A DNA stretch of 64,000 nucleotides from Epiperipatus broadwayi (taxonomy: Eukaryota > Animalia > Onychophora). Location of the stretch: NCBI GenBank assembly GCA_028023455.1, contig JAQFVV010000008.1, positions 8,060,001-8,124,000 on the forward strand, in the 5' to 3' direction. This document shows, in pieces, positions 26,169 to 40,589 of the stretch; the stretch's first letter is position 1, and every line of letters starts with the position of its first letter. The notes under the pieces were generated by a model. It ran no database searches. It was not told the DNA's origin and saw only the letters and a list, made by a program, of their open reading frames with translations. A program made the translations under genes and the position numbers.

Positions 26169-27559
26169 CGCTAGGCCATGAGAAGCAAACAATCTTTGCT
26201 AAAGTTTGTGTGTGAACTTCATTATAGGTGCTCTGACAGCTTATTTGATAAATAATAAAATGTTTAATCTAAAATATAGTTATTTAAATTATATTAACTT
26301 CAATTAAGGATTTATGATTGTAAACTGTTCTCAAATAAATAAAATGTAATTGCCATCTAACTTGTTGCTAAATGTTAAGAATTTGGGTGAAGATATGAAT
26401 AATAATAACTATATGACACATAATGAGATTTTGATATATTCATATTTAATTCTTTTAAATATCTTAGAATAATTTTGATGAATACTGCAGCATTATGTTA
26501 AAATAATTTATTCAATTCTGGTGCCATCTACCATAGGATTATGCAATCAATGATTAATAGATGTCTTAATGCATTAGGTGCCCATAATTAATAAAGAATT
26601 GAGGATTCCAAAATGAACTATTACTGAACTAAAATCCAATCTATATAACTGTTCAAGTAGATTGGTTTGAATTCAAAATCTTAAGCTAATTTGGATTTTA
26701 GGTTTTTTGGGTTGAATGGTAAAATGGAGTTATAGGTGGTTATTAAATGCATAATTGCATTACTTCCTGATATGAATTCCAAATACATTGATAGAGGCAA
26801 AAGCCAGGAATCTGTCTGGAAGTTGGGATTTAAATACATTAAAACTTGATTACTAGCTTTTAGAAAATGACACTAGAATAAAGAGTGCTTTTGTTTTATT
26901 TATATTTTATTAACAGTGCTTGAAAATATTCTTGTCTTCAATATTTTTACATTTTGAGTTGCATTTTTCTGCATTTCTACAAGAATGAGTTTATTTTCAT
27001 TTGAAATTGTACCTGTATTTTGGATTTAAATTGTAAATTAAAAGCTAAATAACCCTTATTTAAATGATTTTTTACTTTACCCTACCCCCAAAAAATGTTT
27101 TAATTTAATTATGCAAATTCAAAATCTCTACAAATTATTACTAACTATTTGCATCAGTATTTAAATAGATTGCCAATTTATAACTAATGGGCTTTTTGGT
27201 ATTGCTTTTAGTTTCTCTTTTCTAATTGAAAAAAATATATATTGTTAAAATTATATCAATGATCTTCACAAATTAGGATATAATCTCCACTTAATTAGTA
27301 CCATGATGAAATTTCATAAGAAGCTACAATGATTGCCTTCACTACAGGCAGACACAAAACCTTGAATAAGCCTTTCATACATATCTTGGATATCTCATAA
27401 AATAAAATAAAAATGTTCTAGTATATACAATATTAGCTTAAGAACTCTTTCTAATTTAAACAGACTTCTAAATCACACTAAGGATATGCTTCCCATAGAT
27501 CAAACCCCACAAATCATATATAAAATCAGATGCAGCAATGCTTCTTGTAGAATTGTGCA

Positions 27560-27950
27560 CTGTGGAGAATTCTGGGTAAATATTGCTATCAGAATCACAC
27601 AACATTGATATCTATGTAACTGTGCTAAGAATAGCACTGACTACTTGCCTGTGTTTTTGGAACTTGAACTGGAATATGGCCACACGTTTGACCCTATAAA
27701 TATGAATATCATATGCTCCAAACTTGATGATCGCAAGCGCAAAATTAAGGAGGCATGGTTTATTTTTAAAAACCCTCATGCTATTAATAAAAAAGATACT
27801 GGAATTACATTATCTAACAGATGGAATATGTTAGCTATTTACACAATTTTAACCTTATTTAAATACTACATCTCTCTTCTGCAAATTATGAGTGCTATGA
27901 GTCTGACTTTGAGAGTTGAAAACATGTTTAGTGAGTAAAACTGTTTATTA
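27560..27950 (+). mobile_element. PLE GIY-YIG endonuclease C-terminal fragment
   Basis: GHTFDPINMNIICSKLDDRKRKIKEAWFIFKNPHAINKKDTGITLSNRW matches the PLE H.F....I......R...EA..I......N motif. Confidence 0.75.
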
Positions 27951-29537
27951 GAAATTTAGCTCTTCTGTTCTAAGCATTCCAAATGTTTATATATATTACA
28001 AATTTTATAATTCATTAATTTTTTAACTTTTTGCAATATTAAATTGCTTTATCTCTTGTGAAATATATTATTACTTTATTGGTCATGTAAATTGAGCTTT
28101 GCTTTTTTTCATTGAGAGGGAATAGGATTCTTGTTTTATTTTTTAATTTTTGCAATACTCCTTATCATTGTCCATGCCTTAAACTAAATTTTGCATTACT
28201 AAAAATTTTTGCTCAAATGTTATTTGGTAATTCTTCATCAATTTGAGAATTAAGTTTCATATATTAATTATTTTTTGACTTAATTTCTTTATTTACTGTT
28301 TGATCTATTTTTGAAGTTTCATCAAAATTAGCATAGAATATTTAATATGTTTTATTCTTCTAAGATACATATTCTATCATGCTTCTTATGTATTGCATAT
28401 TTAGTCTTTTTCTTTCTTTTAATACTTTTATTCTTTACGTTATGTGCTTATTTTTTATGACCAAATTATTCTACAAGCATTAAATAACTTTTTTTATTAT
28501 CCAGTTAATATCTTCATTAGTTGTGATATAGATCTGTTTTCTCTAAATAATGGCAATATATTGGACTCTGTGATGTAGTCTGATTCTCCCCTCCTCCATG
28601 GTTCAACATTATTTCCCCTGCTTTAATATTTAAATTGTTAAATAATTGTTAAATCTTAGATGTGAATTCTTAAATCATGAATTTTTTTTTTTTCTATTCT
28701 TTTGATTATGTAATAAGTTTGTCTATATTATTTTTTTTTTTTTTTTAATTTTTCAAAGTCTATATTTTTACTTTTTTATTAAATAAATAATCGTTGTTGT
28801 TGTCGTTTTTGTTATAATCATATATCCATAAGATGAAATATAAACTCTTTATTAAGATTTACACATTCATGAAAACATTTTAAATCTTTTATAGGGAATT
28901 TCTCTCTAAATAGTTGTGGATTATGTTTGCTACACTTGACTATTTATCCAGCATTGAGATAATTATTGTTGACGAATTTTTGCATCTGGAATTCAAGGTC
29001 CATGAATTGTACTCCAATTGTAATTTCTGGTGCTTAAATTTCTTATTAACTTTGTTTTCAATTCTTATTCTAAATATTTGTGAGATGATTTGGAGATTTT
29101 TAATACTTTTTTGGAACAAAATAAAATTATTTGATTAGTTTAATTCATTTTGAATTTATTAAATATTATAACTATGGAAAATAAATATAGCTGATATAAT
29201 AATTTTAAATTTTTATTTGAATTAGTCTTTCTTAGTGTTGTTGTTATTATTATTATGATGATGATGATGAAATAATCAAGTAAATATAATTACAAATACC
29301 ATTTTAGCAAGAGGTTTGCCAAACTATTTAGAAAATAGTTCTACTGTAGCAGTTATATAATATGAATGAAACTTCTGTGGATAATCAATCATTTCAAACA
29401 TTGATAAAAACCTTTTTGATTAACTGGGTAATTAAATTCTTTGATTAGACCAATAAAATCAATGTATAAATCACATCTTTGTTTATAATTTTTTTTTATA
29501 TTTATTTGACAACAAAAACTATGTATGTAATTGTCAA

Positions 29538-29609
29538 GCATCGATGGCCTAGTGGTTAGCATAGTTGCTTTCCAAGCAGCTGGCCGGGGTTCGCTTTCCG
29601 ATCAATGCA
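29538..29609 (+). pseudogene. tRNA-Gly(TCC)-derived pseudogene / SINE head, followed by 'tttgacatatgagg' and an A-run
   Basis: 72 nt collinear with tRNA-Gly(TCC) ('agtggttagcatagttgc tttccaa gcagc'). D and T stems are disrupted, T-loop is TTCGCTT. Confidence 0.75.
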
Positions 29610-32600
29610 TTTGACATATGAGGAAAAAAAAACTATATATGTAGTGCTTCTCAATTCTCTAAAATAACAGTATCTTTGATAATCATTCATGTATGACTGG
29701 AAAGCAATTTACTCAACCTTTTTTAGTGGATAACATAATAATAAGCAAATCATTTATTGTTCAAAAGTTCATAAAAAAAATTCCGACCAATAGAAATGAC
29801 AGAGATGGACTATTATCCTTGGACTTGAGGTCCAGGAATTGCCACTTCACTATTATATCAAACCAATTGACAACAATGATAATTACTAGTTTTTTATCAT
29901 TTTTTTTAACTAGAACTACAAGATATGGTGACACAACTTCATAAGACTATATATTTTTAAAATAAATCTCAATAGTTTTGAAGCTGACATGTTGCCAGTA
30001 TACTTCAAAAAATTTTTATAGATCCATATGTGGATTTCCTTTTTTAAGATTTCAAATAATATTTTTAATCTATCATGCTGAATATGTTTATCCAATCTTA
30101 AATGTGATGATAGGATGAATATATTGCTTGTTAAGTGTAATCATATGAATTTTTGTATTATTATAATCTACAACAGTACTAACAATTAATTCTATGAGAT
30201 TATATTATTTTTCACATCCATATGACATTTACAGAAGAAACAAATAAGTCCATTTTATATTTAATTAGTACAAATAAATAATAATAATTAAAAGATTGAA
30301 TTTTTTTAACATATTAATTCTATTACATGTTTAACCCTAAATATTTATGGCTTTGTATTTGTCATTCTTATTATGATAATGATGAACTAAATGACAATTT
30401 CATAATTAATAATTTAAAAAAATTATACTAAGTGAAAGAAGTTTTATTTGTTGAAGCCATCTGGTAGAATCTTTTGCAATATGTTCTAAAACTTTGATCT
30501 AGTTTAATAAATTTTAAATTCCCTTCAAAGTTTTTAAAGATCACAATTTTTGATTTGATAACACTGATCACTTCATTAAAATGGATGTAATTTCATGAAT
30601 ATTAACACAATTTTAGAGTTTAGATTCCATTTCATAGGAATAATTGCTTCTGATTTATACTATTAATACAAAAAATGATCTGATAAGTTTTTACAACAAT
30701 TACTATGATAACTGCCCTCCACTTATATCAAACAAATTTGTTTCTTTTTCACTTATAAGTTTGTTGCTAAAAAGGGGTTATAGTTATCTGATTGATTAAT
30801 CAACTTTTCTTTTGAAAATTATATAAAAAGATATTATTTCTTGTAATAGATATGCATGTTTAGTTCTTTGCTCAAAGACATGAAGAGAAACTGGCAATAA
30901 AGTACTGTACTATTATCATTGGATTTCTACTAATGATAATTTGTTTTTCCTTATCTCCTTTTAACACATTGATTTTAGCATTTCAATACTTATGACTTCA
31001 CTATAAACTTAAACACTATCATTGAATAGGATACTTGAACAATGAATTATTAAACACACAGTAATTCTTTATCTTAAATTCTTTTGTAAGTAAAAACAAA
31101 ATAAATTTTATCTCTCTGATAGATATGGTTATTTTAATAGACATTCTACAAATTAATATAAAGGAATAAAAACATTCATTTGCTTTTGTATGATAAAGCA
31201 TCCATAAACAGAGACTTTTTTAAAAAAAATATGTGGGTTATTGAAAAGATAATGATCTTTGATTATAATTCTCGCAGTATGGTATTTAATAATTTATTAC
31301 AGAGCATCTTGGTAATATCAGTTTTGTTTTCTCATGTTGAACAGTAACTCCTTTTTTACTCTTGGTAAAGTAAGATTGAGTAGTTTTAGGTCTTTGACCT
31401 TATCTTGTTCTCATTTCCTTTGAATATCTCTTTATTTTATCCTGTAAATCTTAATTTCTCATTGTATTTCTTCATATCTTCCAAAATCAAATCTGTCTTT
31501 TTTATTCCTAATCTTTCAGAAAAATATTATAAATTAAATGTTGTGATCTTTAAGAATTTTTTACAATTTCAAATCCAAAGACAGTTTTATCTTTTATATT
31601 TTTCTATTCACTGGGCAATGCAAAATTTATTCAGTTTTTTATTAGCTGCTATAGTCTGGTGTTATTTTTTATATATTTAATTGATTAAATTTATTTTCAA
31701 GAGTTTCACATTATGATTTATTTATATTCAATTTTTTCTTTTATTTGTTTTTTTAATTTTTGAATAGTTTAGATTTTTCATGTTCACTTTTATTGCTATT
31801 TTTCAACAATAGCTTTTGTCAGTCTTTTATGTTCTCTTTTCATATTTTTTTATAGGAAATCAGATGAATTTCTAGTGTACTCTTATTAAAGTATTGAATG
31901 GATATGAGATTAATTTTCTTTTTTATTCTTCAAGTATCCTATTTTTCTGCCATTGATCTCTCATTTGCACATAGTTTGTAACTTTATATTAGTAACCATT
32001 TTATTTCTCAACTAAAATTAGCATTTTGGATTTCTCTAAAATCAGAATCATTTGTCCAAATATTCCCCTTTGCAGATCTCATATTTATATGTCGTGTTCT
32101 GCCAAAACTATTAAATATATGAGCTTTCTGGTGGCCATGATGAACATACAAAAATACATTTTAAAATATTTATTTTGTCTCTAAGTTCACTAGACAAGCC
32201 CACTATCTGCACATTTTTACTAATAAGATATGGTAATTTTCACAATATTTCATAAACTAGAAAGAACTCATTCTTCTTTCATTTTTTCTCATTCTTAGTT
32301 TATCATATTTATTTATTTCACATTTTATTTTCACTCTATGTGGCATGCACTCGTAATAGAAAATGTATACTCATTTTAAAAATGTATGTTACCCATTTCT
32401 TATATATGTATGATCTTAAACACTAAACATCACATAATCTTCATATCATACATATCTCAAGATGATTTTTTTTTTCATTTTCCATATATATGATAATGAG
32501 TGATGATCTGACTTTTTGAATTTTATCTAAGAATTTAAAATTTTTTAGAATTTCAACAGAAGAATATGTTTTTCATTCATTAAATTCAACATTTCATTTC

Positions 32601-34889
32601 AGCTTTAATACATATTTCTAGCTTCAAAATCTTGTGGTGCAGAAGTTATCTTTCATTTATTCTAATACATTTTGCATAGAAAATCACATGATAACCAAAA
32701 AGATTTAGAAAAATTGGAATATTTTAACGAAGGCAATTAATTCTCTTGTGCATATAATTAGTAAGCTAGATGTTGTATATGTATGAGATTCAAAATTTAC
32801 AAACAATAAATCTATTTTGCATTACAAATTTAATTATTTGATACAAATGAATATTATCAATGTTCCAAACAAAAAAAACAAAAATTCTTAATATCAGTTT
32901 TTTTAATATTCATTAACCTTTAAACTGCTTTAATATTTGTAGCCTCATATGTGAGTGTTAAGATTAGTGCTTCTGGCCCATGTCCCTAATCTGGTATTCA
33001 TATCAAACAAGTTTGAAATGTTTTCTCCAGAACAACTAGATTGATTAAGTCACTCCAGATTTCCATCCAATATGTTTTGGTATATAAGTATCTAGTTATT
33101 CTTAAGTAGAGGGTAAAAGAAGGTTATAAAGCATTCAAGCTATTACCATTCAGTAGTCTTTCCCTTCAGTGTTTCATTAGAAGAGGTTAAATAGAGAAGC
33201 TTTTGTTCTGCAGTAAGGCATTTAAGAGCTGTTTTCCTTATATATGTCCACTATTATGGTGATATTAGTAGAGAAATTAATACTGCAATATTTTTAAAAT
33301 TAATATTAGAATAATAAAAAAATCTTTAAATTATAACAAATGAATATAGATCCATTATTTTAACTATACATGAAACACAGTAATTTTAAAACCATAGTCA
33401 TTAAAATTTGAAAGAAAATGTACTAAAATTAATAAAACAAAAATCCGATCCATTGGTCTCATAAGATTATAATGCTTTTCTTTTTCTTATTAATATTTAT
33501 TTTTGTACATTTTAGTGCATAATGATGGATTTAAAAGCTAAAGATCTCTAAGATTGAAACACAGCTTATTACTCTAATTATTTACTATATTTTAATATAT
33601 GTAATAAAGTTTTCTTCAAACTAATCCTGAGTAATTTATTGAAGCTTTAATAATCAATAAACACTAGATAATAGTGCTCTAATATCCACATCCCTAGATT
33701 AGACTTCTATCTTTTGCTTTTACCAGTAAATTATAATGATGATAATAATCTATTTGTTGATATTAATCTGTTAAATACTAATAAATGAAATTCAATAATG
33801 CTAATAAAAGTGATAATGATGATAATTTATTTTTGGAAGTTTATAAAAAAAGTTTGAGTGTAAGAAGTGTTGGAACTGAAGGCACAATCCATAGACCTTG
33901 AATTCCAGAATTCATTACATTAAATCACCCAGAGCACCTTTATCAATGAGAACTTGTGATTCAAAGCTGGAATTAACACACTTATGCTTCTGGCAACTAC
34001 CTTGAAGTTGAGATGATAAATTTTAAATTTTCTTGAAATGGTTTTAAAAGTGATCATAGTTTTGAATTAAAAAATGTCAGAACAGATAGATAATTCGTAT
34101 CTTATCTAGCAATTATAATCTATATATGGTTTCATAAATGTAATCATAACTTTACTTCATCATCATTCCATTTAGCTTTTACAACTGGCAATAGGAAACG
34201 TGTTTCCAACATGCTAAATTTTATGCATGCGAAGAACACAGCTGCTTTAATTAATTTGTTCAATTGTTTTTATTTTCATTTATTCATTTTTATTGGAATT
34301 TTGCTTTCAAAAAGTGGATTATAATTTTCTAACCAATTAATCATTGGTTCTTTTGTCAATCATGGGACTAAATAAATCATCAACAGTTTATTGATCAGGA
34401 ATTCATAAGAAGATTGAACACTACCACTGTACTAGATTATGCAGGATTATATTTTTTTTAAATCCCTTTTTAGGACATCTCAATTCATAATTCTCAGTGG
34501 AAATAAAAGCAAAGTAGATTTTATCGTAGGATCACTTCGCATGGTTATATAAATAATTCTTTAGTATTATAATTACAATAAATATTCTACAACTTAATAT
34601 TAATGATAAATCCTGTTTCATTTTGTTAATAAAAGCATGTATATATTATTGTTTCTTCTTTTCTAAAAACATATTTAATCAAATAATATATCAACAAACA
34701 ACTTTTAATTACGTAATCTTTTTTTATTACTATATATTGCATTTGATAATCATCATTGTTCTGCACAAAAACAAAAAAAAACTTTAATTACAAATTATTT
34801 TAATACGTACAACTTATTATTATATATATGTTTCTGTCTATGGATTTTATATCCATTTTCAAAATATATATATATTACAAATAAAAATA

Positions 34890-35527
34890 ATAAAATTAAC
34901 TTCGTGAATATGAATATTGCAATGATGAGTTAGAAGTTAACAATTACAATACCTTGGTCAGATTATTAGTACAGATGGAAACATAATGGATGAAATTAAT
35001 CATAGAATTAAACTTGGTTGGAGTGCTTTTGGTAGAAATAACTTGATACTAAAAGGAAATATATCTATGTGTTTGAAAAGGAAAGTTTTTAATAAATGTA
35101 TTTTACCAGTTCTTAGGTATGGATCTGAAACTTGGACACTTAATAGAAGAGCAATACGGAGACTTCAGACCACCTAAAGAAGTATGGAGAGATGCATGTT
35201 GGGAGTAACAAGAAGAGATCGAAAATGCAATATATGGGTAAGAGAATAAACAGGTATTACTGATTTAATTATTAAAAGACTGAAGTGGAGTTGGGCTGGA
35301 CATATTGCTAGAAGAGATGATAATAGATGGTCAATTGAAATCTTAAACTGGATTCCAAGAGATTGTAAAAGACCAGAAAGAGACTACATATGAGATGGAT
35401 GGATGAAATAAGAAAGTGTGCAGGGGTGGTATGGGGAAGAGAAGCTAAAGATCAGGAGGATGGATTGAACTTGGAAAGACTTCATCCTGCAGTGGATTGA
35501 TAATAATTTGAAGATGATGATGATGAC
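34890..35527 (+). mobile_element. 5'-truncated RTE-clade LINE (RT C-terminal region and 3' tail)
   Basis: EINHRIKLGWSAFG..LKRKVFNKCILPVLRYGSETWTL, MERCMLGVTRRDR, LKWSWAGHIARRDDNRWS..WIPRDCKRP, ending in a (GAT)n tail. Confidence 0.9.
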
Positions 35528-36464
35528 ATTTATGTATTTTAAGTTTTTTATCGCCAATTCAGATAGAAAAACTAGATAATAGAGTGACAATATTTGATTG
35601 ACTATGGCTAGTTATTACCACACTTTTTTAATATAATTTATTTCCGTATCTCAATTTTATAATTATATCATAAACTTTATGGAGTCTTTATATCATTAAA
35701 ATGCATATACATATGTTTATACATATTAAATAAAATATCTATATCTTAAAGGAAATATATATTAACAAATGTATAAAATTCATAATTTTTTTAATAATAC
35801 TTATAAATACACTGTATTTTTTTTTAATAAAAATTAATGTGCATTGTATATTTTATAACAAATATTTCTCATTGTATATGAATATTTTTAACCTATTACA
35901 GTATATTGTTTTTATACTTTCATAAGTGTATGATTAGTTGCATTGATATGATTTTTAATATAATAGGTTATATGTCAATATATCAAACTATGTCTATACT
36001 TACTTAACAATAGCTGCAATAGGAGGAATAATTTATCAAATAGTAAAATTTTCATATCCATGGCATTTAGTTCAAAATACCAAAATTTAAGGATAGTAAT
36101 GAATATTATAATGTTTTTAACAAATTTCTAAATTATAGGTATGTACATACTGTATGTGCACTGTGAATTAAACTTTTTTTTCATTAATTTGTAATTGTTT
36201 TACTTACGTTTTTTTTTAATAACAAATAATTTAAATTTTGGATCTGGAGATTGCAGATATGGAGAATACTATATTTACTCTACTCCAGAGCCATCCAGTA
36301 TAAGCATGAATAAATATTGGCTAGTAAATGGCAATGCTATAGAATGAATTACTGCTTATTGCAGAGATTATATTATGTCATAACTATGTACTTATATAAA
36401 ATAGTTACACATAGATGGATATAAATGAAAAATAAATTGTACTTAAAATATTTTTCTTCTATAG

Positions 36465-36585
36465 ACTGAAAATGGTTTCAGTAGTTTTGATGTATACACC
36501 GTCATTATGGCATGCTAATTTATATAAACTTAAATCTGAACTTCTAGAATGGTTACCAACTTGTCAGAGTGGTAGTACTAATTAA
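36465..36585 (+). CDS. Candidate exon LKMVSVVLMYTPSLWHANLYKLKSELLEWLPTCQSGSTN*
   Basis: Strong acceptor 'atatttttcttctatag|', 39 open codons. Phase-compatible with a candidate exon ending 'TATAG|gtatgt' at 36138. Confidence 0.3.
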
Positions 36586-37090
36586 TCACATTTTTATAGA
36601 TAATGCCTATATTTAATAGTGATTATCATGTAATAATGAGACTGCACCGTAATATTTTTATAGCAATTGGGAACAAAACAATTATTGAATAATAGTTGTT
36701 GTTTTTTTAATCATATGATTGTTAGTGCTTTCTCTTTACATTTACATTGTTGGAAATTGCTTTTGTGAATATGCTTTCACTAACTTGTAGTGTGTTGAAA
36801 TGAAAACAATTTTCTCATATCAATATGGTTATTAATATGAATCATGTAATATAATGTTTTTAATATTATATCATGTGACTCATATTTGGAAACCTCATAA
36901 ATGTATTATTGTAAGCTTGAGTAAACAATGTCACTAGCTGGTATTGTGAGATTGTGAATTATTGCTCTTAATGAAATTATATTTTACAAGATCTACATAT
37001 ATATATAAGAAAACATTCCAATGCATTTGCCTGAAGATTTGTGGTGATAGTGTATTAGATGTGATAATATGATGAACTATTTCCATTATC

Positions 37091-37197
37091 TGTCAATACA
37101 TTGGTGGCCAAGTGGTCAGCATGGCTGCCTTACAAGCAGTTGTCCCGGGTTTGTGGGTTCACTTCCTGGCCAATATTTTGATACATGAAAAAAAAAA
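37091..37197 (+). mobile_element. tRNA-Gly-derived short SINE-like repeat with A-tail
   Basis: 'acattggtggccaagtggtcagcatggctgccttacaagcagttgtcccggg[tttgtggg]ttcacttcctggccaat' followed by 'tttgatacatg' and an A-run. Confidence 0.7.
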
Positions 37198-38425
37198 GTT
37201 GAATGTATAGAAAATTTTAAACTTTATGTAAACTTTTCAAATACAAACAACTTGCTAGTAATAACACACAAATAGATAACCCAGTTCAGTAATTACACAA
37301 TGTTTCAAATCGTATTATTCTCCACCCTTTTTCAGGTGTTGCTGGTCTAATTTATTATCATACATATTAAACTTAGACCTTTAGATTCTTGAATATCAAA
37401 TTTTAAGGCAATGCTCTAACCAACTGAACTATTCTGTCAACGGCAACAGATGGTAGAAATTTTATACATTTACATATGAGGGTTGGTTCAAATCCTCCTG
37501 AATCCTTTAATTTTTTTCTAAGAACAAGGTTAATTAGAAGCACTTACATTACGTATTGCCACTCTGGATTGACTTATAGTATTATTTGCCATTATCACAT
37601 GACCAGCTTCCTTGAATTTTCTTCTTTATACCTTTTTCCCTCTATCCAATATTTTTGTATTGTGTTCTTTCAATCACTGTTCAACAGGGTGACAGACCTC
37701 ATCAATATACTTCCTTACACATTCACATGGTATTTTTAGATGGTGTTTGTTCTTCAGCATTTCCAGTTTAAGCTTGGTAGAAGTTAGAATTCCTTGAAGT
37801 GTGGTATGGCTTTAGAAAGCTGCTTTAATGCTGTATTGACAAGATTTTTTTTAATTTGTCTGCCATTTTTAATATGCATGGATACACTACAGTACCAATA
37901 AAAAAAATTTTTCTTTTAGTGTATTAAAAGTTTTCTTGATGACAACTGATGGATAATCATTTTTCAGGAAAATTTATTCTATGTAAATCTTTTGATTTTT
38001 CATGTCACTGGCTTCCAAAAAAAAACTTCTTTTGCTCTGTTTCATAGTGATAGTATAGTCTTATTATAAGAGCATCTAAGAATGCCATTTTAGTTCTCAT
38101 TCTGATTCCATTGTGAATTTAACTGAAAGATTTATGCTGATAGCATGTGCCCAGTATGACTGTAATTGTGCTTTAACATGTGGCCATACCACGAATGTAT
38201 TGTCAACATAGCAAAGCTGCACTTCAGGTGAACACAGAGTAATATTTATGGCTATGGTTTCAAGTTCATCCATGTAAATGTTGCTAAGCAAGAGGACAGT
38301 GGATTCCATGCCATCCCTTGATTTTGTTGGAAGAATTCTGAGTTATACTGAAACTACATTGATGTTATGCAGAACATTAATAATTCCATTATACTATCAA
38401 TAGACAGAGTTGTTTTAGTTTGTAG
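37198..38425 (-). mobile_element. Penelope-like element, 3' part (RT domains 4-7, GIY-YIG relic, 3' non-coding module)
   Basis: QYNSEFFQQNQGMA, LSNIYMDELE and YVDNTFVVW (YVDD-like), KFTMESE. 37200-37870 is an inverted copy of ~42690-43440. Confidence 0.85.
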
Positions 38426-38831
38426 TGTGCCGTTTATTTATATATGGTACAAATATATTGGCATTTGGTAAAAGCTATAAAAAAAAGAGTAAACTTAGAT
38501 TATTTTTTTATTAGTATAATTTACTTTTTTAAGAATATACAGTGAAAGTTAAAATTGTCTTTCGTATTTTTTTTTATGTAATTAAAAATAAAAGTTAAAA
38601 TTGGAGAGAACAAAAGACACGCAGATTACTAATCCAGATAAATTAAAAGAATTCCAAAAGTAAAAAGATAAGCTAAATGAAAAATATTTTAGCTAATTAA
38701 AGATGGCAGGATTTTGCTACAAAAAAATAAAGACTTTGTAACGTAAATTTTATAAAGAATGTATGAGATTATCAGCGTATATTTTTGATAGACAAAAGGT
38801 ATGCGCAGAAGTCTGAAAACTGGACCTCTAA

Positions 38832-38840
38832 TATAAAAAG
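38832..38840 (+). promoter_or_regulatory. Putative LTR TATA box (second copy at 40990-40998)
   Basis: TATAAAAAG followed by a G-run, ~125 nt upstream of the HHR-like fold in both LTRs. An AATAAA lies downstream near 39382. Confidence 0.45.
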
Positions 38841-38945
38841 GTGGGGGCCAGTTTGATCAACATCTTGTTTTGTCTGTTTCTCTATAGTTAGTCCTGGATA
38901 ACAAGAATATATCCAGGATCGCCCTACGGGGAAGTAATTCTGCAT

Positions 38946-39016
38946 GTCGGAGTGAACCGGAGCTTCTGCGGACATCGTACCTGAAGATGGACACCAGAAA
39001 AGCCTTCATGACCGAC
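38946..39016 (+). ncRNA. Type III hammerhead-like fold in the 5' LTR
   Basis: GCTT C TGCG-GACAT-CGTA c CTGAAGA TGG-ACA-CCA GAA AAGC. Stem III extends via GTGAA/TTCAT and GTCGG/CCGAC. One extra C precedes the core. Predicted cut after C38966 (UUC). Confidence 0.6.
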
Positions 39017-39848
39017 TAGGAGAATAGACCACAAGATCAACTTATAACCAATGGCTGAGCTCATTCTAACCAAAAAAACTATGCATAGTAATCTACCACC
39101 TTCTCACTAAACTTACCGGTAAGACATGACTCTTTATTATTCCCGATTGTGACTAAATTGTTGACAAACCATTTTGCAAACAACTCGTAAAAATATACAT
39201 ATAATAGGACTCCAATAGAAGCTTTAATTTTTCTGTTCAAGAGATTTTTATTTATCCAAGAACTTTTTTAATTGTGAAACTGTTGTTTTTTATTAATGTA
39301 TTCATGTTTGGATTAACGTGTGTGTGTTCTCTCCAGTTTATTTAATTAACAATTGAACTTAAACATATTTTTAGTTTGTTAGAATAAAAGAGATTTTACT
39401 TTTATCAACCTTTTTCAATGTGCATTATTAATAATAGTTATTAATTATTATTAAATTTATTAATATTAGTTTAGTGATGTTTAAAAATACAATTTACCAT
39501 TGCCAATATGTTTAATAAGTTCCAATAATAATAATATTTAGGAAATAATTTTAGTTATGGTAAAATATAATACTGTCTTTTAAAAGCAATTTTTTTTTTT
39601 TAATTTATGAGTTACGATATGTTTGACGCAGAATCAGGGAGTCTAATCGACTCTGGCACCCTCATTTATAAATTAAAAGCTGATTCAGCTCACAATTGTA
39701 ATCATAACAATTCTAGGCCGAGTTGATCAGAAAATATAGTTATGTTTTTTAGAAATAGAAATATAACTTTCTTCTTTTTTGCATAACTTGATCAACTCGT
39801 GCATTTTATATGTATAATAGAGGCCTAGCAAGATGGAAAACGTTACAA

Positions 39849-39857
39849 TGGTGACCC
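39849..39857 (+). other. Primer-binding site complementary to the tRNA-Trp 3' end
   Basis: TGGTGACCC lies one base after the LTR. Eukaryotic tRNA-Trp ends ..GGGGUCACCA (9-nt match). Confidence 0.7.
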
Positions 39858-40589
39858 AACTTGGGCTTCGATACAACAAACCACAACCTGAGATAAGTTG
39901 TAATGGGAAAGAACATTACAATGATGACACAAAAACTCATAGCCGGAAAATAAGTAGTAGTTTTTTTTTTTTTTTTAAATTATGGAAACTAACTAACTAA
40001 TTAAACCCTGATTATTAAAATATAAAAAATATTTTTTTAATATGACTTACAGAAAGAAAAAATCTACATATATTTTTTTGATATGTCTAAAAAAACCACG
40101 ATCGTGGCTGATGTAGACGTAAGTCACAAGTATTTGACCGGGTAGGCGGTTACTGAAGAGGGGGAAAAACATAGCCCCAAGTCTGTGTATGCAGTATATA
40201 ACATAAGACTGCCTTTATATGCCCATCAGTCTATTTCTAGCAGGGATCCCAATAAAGGGGAATACGGATCAAGTTGGACCAAGTTGCCATGAGCCTGTAA
40301 GACTCAAAACGATGAGCAACGCTCATTTGTGCTTATAACTTGGGCTTCTTATCATTACTATTACACTTAAGTGGAAAGGACACAGATGAATGTGGAAATA
40401 TTTTGCATTCCCGCCGTGTTAGACCTAAAGGTGGGTGTTAAAGCCGAACGTCACTTGTTGAATGAGTCTACGATATATATCAGCATGCTAATACAAAAAA
40501 AAACACACACACACGAATATGAATTTAAAACTTAAGAATAAAATTAGTGTAAACCCCTATTTTATTCTCATCTCCTGGCCCCGGTGGTA

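Larger units (their letters stand above)
38426..39847 (+). repeat. 5' LTR
   Basis: Direct repeat of 40590-41998, TG...CA termini, followed by the PBS. Confidence 0.9.

Noticed and set aside
29538-29609. Functional tRNA-Gly(TCC)
   Set aside because: D and T stems have multiple mismatches, A58 is replaced, and there is no T4 terminator. It shares its tail with the SINE-like copies.
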